Of a DNA stretch of 8,559 nt, positions 1 to 7,929 are shown in pieces. Made by a program: the position numbers and the translations under genes. This DNA comes from Octopus sinensis (lineage: Eukaryota): positions 1 to 8,559 of the forward strand of contig NW_021828617.1 of NCBI RefSeq assembly GCF_006345805.1, given 5' to 3'. Numbering within the stretch: the first letter of the stretch is position 1; each line of letters opens with the position of its first letter. The notes beneath the pieces are model-generated. The model searched no databases and had not been told where the DNA came from. It saw only the letters and a list, made by a program, of their open reading frames with translations.

Positions 1-10
1 ATATCGAAAG

Positions 11-122
11 CCAGCAAGTGTAAGGGTTCATCAGAAGAGAATGCGCGCCGTTTCGGGGCCTACCTCTCGACGGCATCTTTGTGCACCGGGCTCCATCATT
101 GATATGAGGCCCCGCTTGCTGG
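11..122 (-). ncRNA. Putative hammerhead ribozyme, non-circularly permuted (pseudoknotted), in the retrotransposon 3' UTR; predicted cleavage after GUC, between 69 and 68
   Basis: Minus-strand core motifs: GUC (71..69), GAAA (54..51), CUGAUGA (34..28). Stem III: GCCG-U (74..70) pairs with A-CGGC (51..47). Stem I: GAGAGG (68..63) pairs with UCUCUU (40..35). Stem II: GGGGCCU (113..107) pairs with AGGCCCC (61..55), giving the canonical G10.1-C11.1 pair. Closing helix: CCAGCAAG (122..115) pairs with CUUGCUGG (18..11). Confidence 0.72.
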
Positions 123-134
123 ATCAACTGGTTA

Positions 135-299
135 TCAATATTCTTCTAGCCATTGCTCATTGTTTCTTTTTAACCAAATCCAGTGGCTAGCCCTTTCCAC
201 TGTAGTTTGGATATCGTTCATGGCAGTATTCACTTTACGAAGAGTTTGGTCTGACGATAATCACAGCCGCATCACACTGTGTCCAACAAACCCTCCATC
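135..299 (-). pseudogene. Decayed C-terminal 54 codons of the retrotransposon ORF (end of the RLE endonuclease region)
   Basis: A single reading frame with one internal TGA (263..261) and a terminal TGA (137..135). No start codon is present because the element is truncated at ~300. Confidence 0.7.
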
Positions 300-300
300 A

Positions 301-385
301 CTGAATTACAAGGGTCAATGATATCGACTACCTTACTTCTCCCAAAATTGCTGACCTTGTCCTGTGCCTAAATTACGAACCATAA
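301..385 (+). mobile_element. 3'-tail fragment of SINE family A (octopus OR-type tRNA-derived SINE)
   Basis: gggtcaatgatatcgac...cccaaaattgctgaccttgt parallels the tail of the copy at 394-597. The 16-mer aaattgctgaccttgt is identical at 345-360 and 565-580. Confidence 0.75.
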
Positions 386-393
386 TTAGGAAA

Positions 394-597
394 TGAGGTG
401 GCAGAATTGTTAGCTTGTCTGACAAAATGCTTAGTGGCATTTCGTCCGGCTTCACGTTCTGAGTTCAAATTCCGCCGACGTAAACTTTTATCCTTTCGGA
501 GTCGATAAAATATGTACCAGTTGAGCACTAGGATCGATATAATCGATTTACTCTCTCCACCCAGAAATTGCTGACCTTGTGTTGATATTCGAAGCCA
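394..597 (+). mobile_element. Near full-length tRNA-derived SINE, family A (OR-type)
   Basis: A-box-like tggcagaattg (399-409) and B-box-like gagttcaaattcc (461-473). The body atcctttcggagtcgataaaa..gtaccagttgagcac is homologous to the reverse complement of 7637-7832. Confidence 0.9.
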
Positions 598-639
598 AAT
601 TACAAAATGGAAGTGGATGTGATTCGAATGAAAAACTGT

Positions 640-760
640 CAGATATTTCTCGTCTGTTTCCTCGTTAGTTCGTAAATCTAGCTCTACCTCTGGTGATGTT
701 AATGCAATTCTGACAAAATAAATTTGACTTGAATGCCTGCCACATGATAATGAGACAATT
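640..760 (+). mobile_element. Possible very old, degenerate family A SINE copy
   Basis: tatttctcgtctgttt..cgttagttcgtaaatc and gacaaaataaa..cttgaa occur in the same order as the family A segments catttcgtcc..gagttcaaat and gataaaata..gttgagc. The similarity is weak. Confidence 0.3.
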
Positions 761-1033
761 AAGTAATTAGAAGTATATTTAAGGATTAAGAACATTAAGA
801 AGCCATTGTATATTCAAGTAGGAACAATTACCATGCAGATGGTGTCCAGGGGTGAATCTAATATGGCCGTGTGAGTGTTTTACAAGCTTCGCTGTTGTTG
901 AGAGCCACGCCTGTCTATATAATTTAGCGAGTTGAGGACTCGATTGAGTGTTGAGTTGAATTTGTCTCTGCATATACTAAACCACATTAAAGTGGGTCTC
1001 CTGCCGTGTCGCTTTTATCCAATGATATACGAG

Positions 1034-1222
1034 ACATACCATACACACACACATACGCGCACACACACACATACACACACATACACACACACACATACAC
1101 ACACACATACACACACACACACACTATCTCACACACACACACACATATATGTATACATACATACGTATGAATATGTCTGGGTACATACACACATACACAC
1201 ACATATTTATATATATACACAC
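1034..1222 (+). repeat. Compound (CA)n/(CATA)n/(TA)n microsatellite
   Basis: Directly visible. It accounts for the His/Thr and Val/Cys ORFs 932..1228 and 987..1220. Confidence 0.97.
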
Positions 1223-1263
1223 GTGTAAGTGAACAAACGATTTGGTTCGGTGCTACCTCAAGT

Positions 1264-1304
1264 TATATCTATCTATCTACACAAACGCACACACACACAC
1301 ACAC
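1264..1304 (+). repeat. Short (TATC)n + (CA)n microsatellite
   Basis: tatatctatctatcta followed by cacacacacacacacac. Confidence 0.9.
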
Positions 1305-1974
1305 AAAATTTCATAAACTTACGGGAGAACATGAAATAATTCTTTTTGAGAATAGTGGACCAGGAAGCGCACACATCGCTGTAAATAATTGCATGTAAAT
1401 ATTGTTCTTCAATATTTATATGCTGTTATACAAATATAGATACATTACATACAAAAATATACAAACATATGTATATATAATCATTATCATTAAGTATAAA
1501 CATGTTTTAACTGCGAGCTTCTATAAGTTGTCATGCATTCGATAATACACTGAGAAAAAGAGAGAACTAAAGAAAAAGCGAGAAGAAAAAAAAAAGAAAA
1601 CGCGAGAGTAGAGAGCAGCCATGTTGTATTTTGAGCCTGAACGATCGCTTGGAAATACACAACATGCTATACAAAGTCGTCGTCTGCTGTATTATTTGAG
1701 ACATGGAGCTAACCGTAGCTCACACTTGTGTTTATTAAATGATATTTTTCTCTCGCTCGATGGAGTACTTTTCTTGTTGATCCCGACGGAACAGCGTAAT
1801 ATATACAAAGCTTTTTTATAATATAAATTGCGTATCAAAAGATATTGCAAATAATTAGCAACACAACTGCACAAGTTATTGAATTATTGGCTCAGATTTC
1901 TTTAAAAAATCCCATAAAAGCACAAGGTCATAGCTTTAGCGATGACATTGGGGGCCTTTAACCGAAGAACATAA

Positions 1975-2130
1975 TTTTCTTTTTTAGAATTAAAAAACAA
2001 CAATATAAAAATGAAAGGAAAAAATATTCAAAACCGAGACGAATGAAAGGAAAAAAAATTAATAGAAAAAAGAATGCAAAAGACAAAAAAGATGAAATGT
2101 GGACGGGAAGAATGGAAAAAAGAAAGGTTG
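1975..2130 (+). repeat. A/G-rich low-complexity tract
   Basis: Runs of A punctuated by G (gaaaggaaaaaa, gaatgaaagg). Similar purine tracts occur at ~1551-1615 and ~2745-2895. Confidence 0.7.
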
Positions 2131-2286
2131 GAATATTTTTGCGATTATTTAATATATTTTGTTTGATGGAACTGTTGAATTTGGGTGATTTCCTGTTTAA
2201 TGGTGGCAGACTCTTGTAAACAACTAGTTCCATTGAACACACAAACGCCGTAATTAATTTGCCTGATCGTATTGTTGATATTACGG

Positions 2287-2570
2287 TAATGATGATGATG
2301 ATGACGATGACAATATTAATAATAATAATAATACGAAGAATAGTAAATGATGATGATGATGATGATGAGAATAATGGTCGTAGTAACAATGATAGTTATA
2401 GTAGTTGTAGTAGTAACAATTGTAGTACTATTAGTAGTAATGATAAAAATAATGATGATGATGATGATCACAATGATAATTATAATAGCCTTAGTAAAAA
2501 ACAAAAGTAGTAGTAATGATAATAATAATAATAATAGTATTAATAATCGTATAACAATAGCAGCAGCAGC

Positions 2571-2617
<47 letters not shown>

Positions 2618-2620
2618 TAC

Positions 2621-2671
<51 letters not shown>

Positions 2672-2693
2672 TAATAATAATAATAATAATAAT
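2287..2693 (+). repeat. Compound trinucleotide array (ATG)n/(AGT)n/(AGC)n/(AAT)n
   Basis: Directly visible, with long (AAT)n runs from ~2570 to 2693. It generates the poly-I/M/N/D ORFs on both strands. Confidence 0.97.
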
Positions 2694-3719
2694 TCTTATT
2701 GTGATTGTGGATGTGTTTATGCGTATTCGGGGTTTACGCACGATAGGAGAAAGAGAAAGACTACAAGAGTAAGACGAAATGTAAGAATAAATAAAAGAAA
2801 GAAAAAGTAAATAAACAGACAAACAAGGAGTTGGACCTGGGTGAAGTGGAGGGTAAAAGAAGGAAAAGTGAAAGTAGTAACGAAAGTGAAAGTAGGAAAT
2901 GGGGGCGGAGTCGGTCAGTAATATGATCCTGAGTGTTTAATTAAGTTTGAGGCGATGCTTAACGGTGAACAACTGTGAAGAAATCTGACGACTTTGGTAA
3001 TATCTGATGCGGAACCAATACTGCTCAGTTCAGTGTTGTAGCGTTTGTTCTTTGAATTGATTTACTCACACACATTGTCAGCACACAATCAAATACAATG
3101 ACGAAGTCTTCGGTGACGAGACGGTGTGAACAAAACAAAGCAAAAACACAAATGTAGCGTACAAACATTACACTTCACACATCACGGTCTTCCTATATTG
3201 TTAATTATGTTCCGACATCTGTCGATGGCTGGGTGGTTGGTGGCTAAAAGGGAGCCAGCAGGTCTTTCAGTTGCTAGTTTCGTATCTTATTCACGGCATT
3301 GTGGTATGTGTTATACACCTCATCCTCGCGCAGATGGCCGAATAGTGTGGCTGAGTGTTTGCACCAAATCATATCTGAGTGCAGTACTTGCTGTGTCCTT
3401 TTTCGGAACCAGGACAGTCCACACTCGCATAATGCTTTTTAAATGGTCTTAATACTGCCCCACCCACCAACTATTTGGGAAAATTTCACCGTCACCCTCA
3501 TCATTAATAAGATTATAAAACAACTTTCGTCCGCTTTTGTCCTCATGATCCTTCTATCTTAGCCATGGCGATTGGAGATGATTAAAAATTGTAAAATTAT
3601 CTCAAATATATTTAACTTAACAATATGTCCGGCCCCTATCAATCCCCATAGCCACGATTTCGCTGAAAAGCACTAACCTGGCTGAAGAATCCACCACTCT
3701 TCGCAGGAACCAATTAGTA

Positions 3720-3920
3720 ACTCTTAATGTGGTTTCTGGACTTTATAAAAATGACAGCCAAATCTCCCTCAAATTAGACATTATTGTCTTAAAAAAATGA
3801 AGGATGCATAAGATAATTTGCTTGATAAAATATCGTTAAAATGGGATGGCTATGGTTAGAACGGCTTTATTCATAAATCAGTTTGGTCAGGGTTAATATT
3901 AGAATAAATAACAACAACAA
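3720..3920 (+). mobile_element. SINE-like family C element (3' part) ending in a (CAA)n tail; may extend 5' to ~3630
   Basis: cagccaaatctccctcaaat...gggatggctatggttagaacggcttt...taacaacaacaa is homologous to 4402-4651 and to the reverse complement of 5168-5362. Confidence 0.8.
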
Positions 3921-4035
3921 TACATGAATCCCAACGGCGGAAGCGCTGTAAAATTGCCGAGTGTTTCGTCAACTTGCAGTACAATGTTTGGTTCTTTCTC
4001 TGAACGTAGGTCATGGGAGAAGTATTAGCAGTAAC

Positions 4036-4300
4036 ATCATCATCAACCCTTGGACATTACTGTCACAAGTCTTAGAACCCTAAAGGCAGGATGCCTGATT
4101 TCTATGGCATATAAGTGATCTAATATCGCACCATCACCCCTGAACGGAACACTCTCCGACGCGGGGTTGCTCATTGAGTGCATTGAAGCAACGTGAAATG
4201 AGATGTTTTGCTCAAAAACATAACATGTCGCCTAGTCCAGAGATCGAAACTACGATTTTGTGATCAAGTGGGCGACACCCTAACCACTAGGCCACGTGTC
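4036..4300 (-). mobile_element. tRNA-derived SINE with CORE-like central domain (family B head, alternative 3' tail)
   Basis: Minus-strand A-box tggcctagtgg (4294..4284) and B-box-like gtttcgatctc. The central ttgagcaaaacatctcatttcacgttgcttca is shared with 7930-8264. An (ATG)n-type tail lies near 4036-4044. Confidence 0.85.
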
Positions 4301-4401
4301 TTTACTGTTAGCAGCAACGCCTCGGTTTTGATTTTCTTTAGCTCCACACTCCAACCGTGAAAATAAATTCCCCGCTGATCTGTTTCGCATTCTCAAAACA
4401 A

Positions 4402-4651
4402 GACTCTTTTGACGTATTTGGCCTGTTGGAAAGAAATAGCAGCGAAATCTCCCTCATGTTACTACCTTCGATTCTAGATAGAGACGAAAGAGACATAGAG
4501 AACTAAGATTATGTGGTCTTCAAAACACGGTTTTTCTGTAAAAACAAACAAAAATTAAAACGGTATTTTTTGCCACTTGAACGTCTTTATCAAAGGTCGA
4601 CTTGTCCAAGTGGAGATCGGCATTGGCCTAATTAACAACAACAACAACAAC
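4402..4651 (+). mobile_element. SINE-like family C element (3' part) with (AAC)n tail
   Basis: gaaatagcagcgaaatctccctc (4433-4455), gaacgtctttatcaaagg, and the tail aacaacaacaacaacaac (4634-4651). Confidence 0.78.
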
Positions 4652-4898
4652 TGCTAACATCACTAGAATCTACATCAGCAACTCGAACTGCTTAAACCAC
4701 CTGGTAAAATATGGCTGACGTATATACCTCATTTATCGTCTGCTGCTAGAAATAATTAGATTTTAAAAAAAATGTTTTTTTCCCTCTCTAAGAACTCATT
4801 AATAATCAATAAATAAATGAAGCAGTAGATTATTCTTGAAACTTTCCATGAAACATTTAATTAACCATTCATTAATTGATTCTCTGAAATGCATTAAT

Positions 4899-5095
4899 GG
4901 CATAGAGTCGTACTTAATGACTTAGCATTACTTAAGCGTCACTCATTTAACTTTCATAGTTCAAATCCCGCCAGGATCGGATTTTCGCTCCATTCCCCCT
5001 GGAGGGTAGATAATATAGAAGAGGTAGAGTAGAGGTGTGATTGAATCGAGGATGTACTTCCTTGTAAATGTCTCCTTGCTTCAAAATGGATAATC
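4899..5095 (+). mobile_element. Diverged family A SINE
   Basis: B-box agttcaaatcccgcc (4958-4972), then ttttcgctccattcc..gataatat..gattgaatcga..ccttgcttcaaaa, collinear with 394-597. Confidence 0.7.
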
Positions 5096-5167
5096 TTACG
5101 TTAATTCTTGGTCTGTTTTTTTTTTTTTTTTCAAATTGAAAATTAATTAGAATTAGTCAGTGATTAT

Positions 5168-5362
5168 GCTGCTGTTGTTGCTTAGTCTCTTAGAGTCTAG
5201 TGATCAAAGGCGTTCCAGCCGTGATCTATCTATCATATTGGGTATCTAGGACTATCTAATCAAATATATATACCACCTTTTGAAAATAGTAGTGTGTTGT
5301 GATTTGAGGAAGAGTTTTCTACTATCTTTAGCAGGTCATGTTGAGGCTTAGAGACCACCCCC
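5168..5362 (-). mobile_element. SINE-like family C element, inverted
   Basis: gtgatttgaggaagagtttt is the reverse complement of the aaatctccctcaaatcac motif. It also has tgatcaaaggcgttccagcc and a (TTG/CTG)n tail at 5168-5182. Confidence 0.78.
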
Positions 5363-5447
5363 TCTTTGGGTTGTGTGTGTGTGCATGTCTATGTACAAAC
5401 ATTGGACTTGTAAAATCACTAGAATCAGCTGTGTTGTCTTATTTATC

Positions 5448-5630
5448 GGTGGCTGAGTACTCCACAGACACGTATACCATTAAGAAGTTCTCAGGGAAAT
5501 TCAGCTTGACAGAATGTGACAAGGCTGACCCTTTGAAATACAGGTACTACTCATTTTTGGCAGCCGAGTGGACTGGAACAATGTGAAAATAAAGGGTCTT
5601 GCTCAAGGACAAAACGCTTCACCGGGAATT
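5448..5630 (-). mobile_element. Family B SINE, truncated within the tRNA head
   Basis: gtggctgagtactccacagacacg...gtcttgctcaaggac..ccgggaatt aligns with 8023-8208. The A-box region is replaced by (CT)n. Confidence 0.9.
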
Positions 5631-5850
5631 AGCTCTCTCTCTCCCTCTCTCCCTCTGTACACACACACATACATATATATATATATGTTTATATATAGCT
5701 AGATACACATGCATATATATATGTACATATATATCTATGTGTATGTATATGTACTTATGTACTTACGGATAGATAGATAGGTAGATAGACAGGCAGATAG
5801 ACAGGTAGATAGACAGGTAGATAGGTGGATAGATACATATATACATACAA
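5631..5850 (+). repeat. Compound (CT)n, (CA)n, (TA)n and (GATA/GACA/GGTA)n microsatellites
   Basis: Directly visible. The tetranucleotide block is at ~5766-5835. Confidence 0.9.
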
Positions 5851-6087
5851 ACACATAGTTTAAATCTACGTACGCGTACGTACATTTCGTATATGTTCTT
5901 ATATTTGTACTCCAGTAGGAGAACACTGATTTTTAGTGTAGAGAGAGAAAAAAAAAACAGTACACGTGTTCATTATAAGCTTTATTTTTGAAGCAGGAAA
6001 TTAACTGGAGTTAGTTATTAGTCGTGTACAGAGAAACATATTTTGAAAAATAAAATACAAACACATTCGTACGAAGAGGTACACACT

Positions 6088-6161
<74 letters not shown>

Positions 6162-6601
6162 ATATATATAATATATATATATATATATACATATATATAT
6201 AATGTTTATATATAGCTAGATACCCATGCATATATATATGTACATATATATCTATGTGTATTGTATGTACTTATGTACTTACGGATAGATAGATAGGTAG
6301 ATAGACAGGCAGATAGACAGGTAGATAGACAGGTAGATAGGTGGATAGATACATATATACATACAACACATAGTTTAAATCTACGTACGCGTACGTACAT
6401 TTCGTATATGTTCTTATATTTGTACTCCAGTAGGAGAACACTGATTTTTAGTGTAGAGAGAGAAAAAAAAACAGTACAAACACGTGTTCATATAAGCTTT
6501 ATTTTGAAGCAGGAATTAACTGGAGTTAGTTATTAGTCGTGTACAGAGAAACATATTTGGAAAAATAAAATACAAACACATTCGTACGAAGAGGTACCAC
6601 T

Positions 6602-6604
<3 letters not shown>
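5687..6604 (+). repeat. Two-copy tandem duplication, ~400 bp unique unit (5687-6090 and 6204-6604), period ~515 bp, each followed by (TA)n
   Basis: Both copies run from gtttatatatagctagatac to gaagaggtac..actcct and are nearly identical. Confidence 0.97.
6090..6200 (+). repeat. (TA)n microsatellite
   Basis: About 110 bp of near-pure TA between the duplicated units. Confidence 0.98.
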
Positions 6605-6675
<71 letters not shown>

Positions 6676-6872
6676 ATATATGTGCGTGTGTGTGTGTGTG
6701 TATGTATAGATATTTATGTATGTATCTATATATATATATGTGTGTGTGTGTGGTGTATGCACATATATATGTATATATATTCTGTATATATATATTATGT
6801 AAGTATGTATTATTATTCATACTTATATATATATGTGTGTGTGTGTGTATATGCAGTGTTGTGTGTATGTGT
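6604..6872 (+). repeat. (TA)n followed by compound (TG)n/(TATG)n microsatellite
   Basis: Directly visible. It accounts for ORFs 6533..6820, 6682..6882 and 6690..6875. Confidence 0.95.
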
Positions 6873-6980
6873 TAGTCCCTAGATTATCTTAATCCGTTGG
6901 ACGAAATAGATAAGTATGAGATTAAGTGGAAAGAAGATTGGGTTAATTTAACAAAGGTTGCGGTTACTGTTCTTAAGTAC

Positions 6981-7030
6981 CACACACACACACACACGCA
7001 CACACACACACACGCGCGCACACACACACT

Positions 7031-7080
<50 letters not shown>
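6981..7080 (+). repeat. (CA)n microsatellite
   Basis: Directly visible. Confidence 0.98.
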
Positions 7081-7082
<2 letters not shown>

Positions 7083-7151
7083 AACGACACAGACAAAAAT
7101 AGAGAAACAAAAGCTGAGAAGTCAAGAAGTCTGTATAACAACAGCTTCACT

Positions 7152-7194
7152 ACAGCAGCAACAGCGACTGCAACATCAACATCAACAACAACAC
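7152..7194 (+). repeat. Degenerate (CAG/CAA/CAT)n trinucleotide tract
   Basis: acagcagcaacagcgactgcaacatcaacatcaacaacaaca. Confidence 0.8.
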
Positions 7195-7264
7195 CGTCAT
7201 TCATTGATATAAATGCGATAATAGCTATTCACATGGCGAAAAGGTTGACATTTCAAGAATAGAT

Positions 7265-7274
7265 TGTGCGTGCG

Positions 7275-7305
<31 letters not shown>

Positions 7306-7321
7306 TGTGTGTGTGTGTGTG
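7265..7321 (+). repeat. (TG)n microsatellite
   Basis: Directly visible. Confidence 0.97.
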
Positions 7322-7391
7322 AACTTGGGCAAATGATACGCACAAAGAGATGCTTGCGTTCACGAATACAGACAAAATGAAGGCGCAAACG

Positions 7392-7437
7392 TACATACAT
7401 ACACAAACATATATACTCATATACACACATATATAAA

Positions 7438-7521
<84 letters not shown>

Positions 7522-7632
7522 CATATACATGTCCACACGCGCATACACATACACGCAGCGACACACACACATATATGCTACGTATACATACATGCAAATG
7601 CATATTTAAATGCCTACGCAACACGCACACAC
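7392..7632 (+). repeat. Compound (CA)n/(TA)n/(CATA)n microsatellite
   Basis: Pure (CA)n at ~7439-7503 with degenerate flanks. Confidence 0.95.
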
Positions 7633-7636
7633 AATC

Positions 7637-7832
7637 TGTTTCACTATAGGCCTGAAATTGTGTAGGTGGCGGACGTCGACCCAAGTATTTAACTGGTACT
7701 TATTTGATCGACCCCCAAAAGAATGAAAGGCAAAGTTGACCTCGGTGGAATTTGAGCTCAGAATGCCAAGTCGGACGAAATGCAGCGAAGCATTTTGTCC
7801 GGCGTGCTAACGATTCTGCGAGCTCGCCACCT
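7637..7832 (-). mobile_element. Near full-length tRNA-derived SINE, family A (OR-type)
   Basis: The minus strand reads ggtggcgagctcgcagaatcgttagcacgccggacaaaatgc...gagctcaaattccaccgaggtcaactttgcctttcattc...gtcgatcaaataagtaccagtt, collinear with 394-597. Confidence 0.92.
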
Positions 7833-7874
7833 TATATTCATATACAATATAGAATACATGCATAGATATACGTG

Positions 7875-7890
7875 TATATATAATATAATA

Positions 7891-7924
<34 letters not shown>
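7875..7924 (+). repeat. (TA)n microsatellite
   Basis: Directly visible. Confidence 0.95.
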
Positions 7925-7929
7925 TTACG

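Larger units (their letters stand above)
1..300 (-). mobile_element. 5'-truncated 3' end (ORF C-terminus plus 3' UTR) of a Hero-like, R2-superfamily (restriction-like endonuclease) non-LTR retrotransposon; 3' terminus probably at or beyond the window edge
   Basis: Minus-strand translation of 299..135 gives DGGFVGHSVMRL*LSSDQTLRKVNTAMNDIQTTVERASHWIWLKRNNEQWLEEY*. GFVGHSV and ERASHWIWLKR..W match the (GCR)GFxGxS ... AE(K/R)A(S/T)xW(L/I)W(L/I)KR..W pattern I recognise at the C-terminus of Hero-clade proteins. A structured 3' UTR follows (134..1). Family assignment is from memory, not a search. Confidence 0.75.

Noticed and set aside
5-257. Alternative plus-strand hammerhead (GAAA at 6-9, CUGACGA at 251-257)
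   Set aside because: Stem II cannot form, stem III has a mismatch next to the core, and the arms are mutually inconsistent. The pairings mirror the minus-strand structure and the ORF.
373-795. 140-aa minus-strand ORF, and ORFs 5338..5586, 7925..8128 and 7948..8190
   Set aside because: They overlap SINE copies, have no recognisable domain, and are chance open frames.
900-960. ccacgcc plus tatataa as a GC box/TATA promoter
   Set aside because: Such short motifs are expected by chance in AT-rich DNA, and no downstream transcript unit is evident.
3126-3452. 108-aa ORF (GTG start) and neighbouring open frames in unique sequence
   Set aside because: No motif, compositional signal or convincing splice sites in any frame I translated. 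A BLASTx search would be needed to revive it.
5867-5882. Perfect 16-bp palindrome tacgtacgcgtacgta (repeated at 6382-6397)
   Set aside because: A degenerate (TACG)n microsatellite is self-complementary by nature, and the second copy is part of the duplication.
6884-6980. Short unique peptide DEIDKYEIKWKEDWVNLTKVAVTVLKY as a micro-exon
   Set aside because: There is no polypyrimidine tract or strong donor site, and it runs directly into (CA)n.
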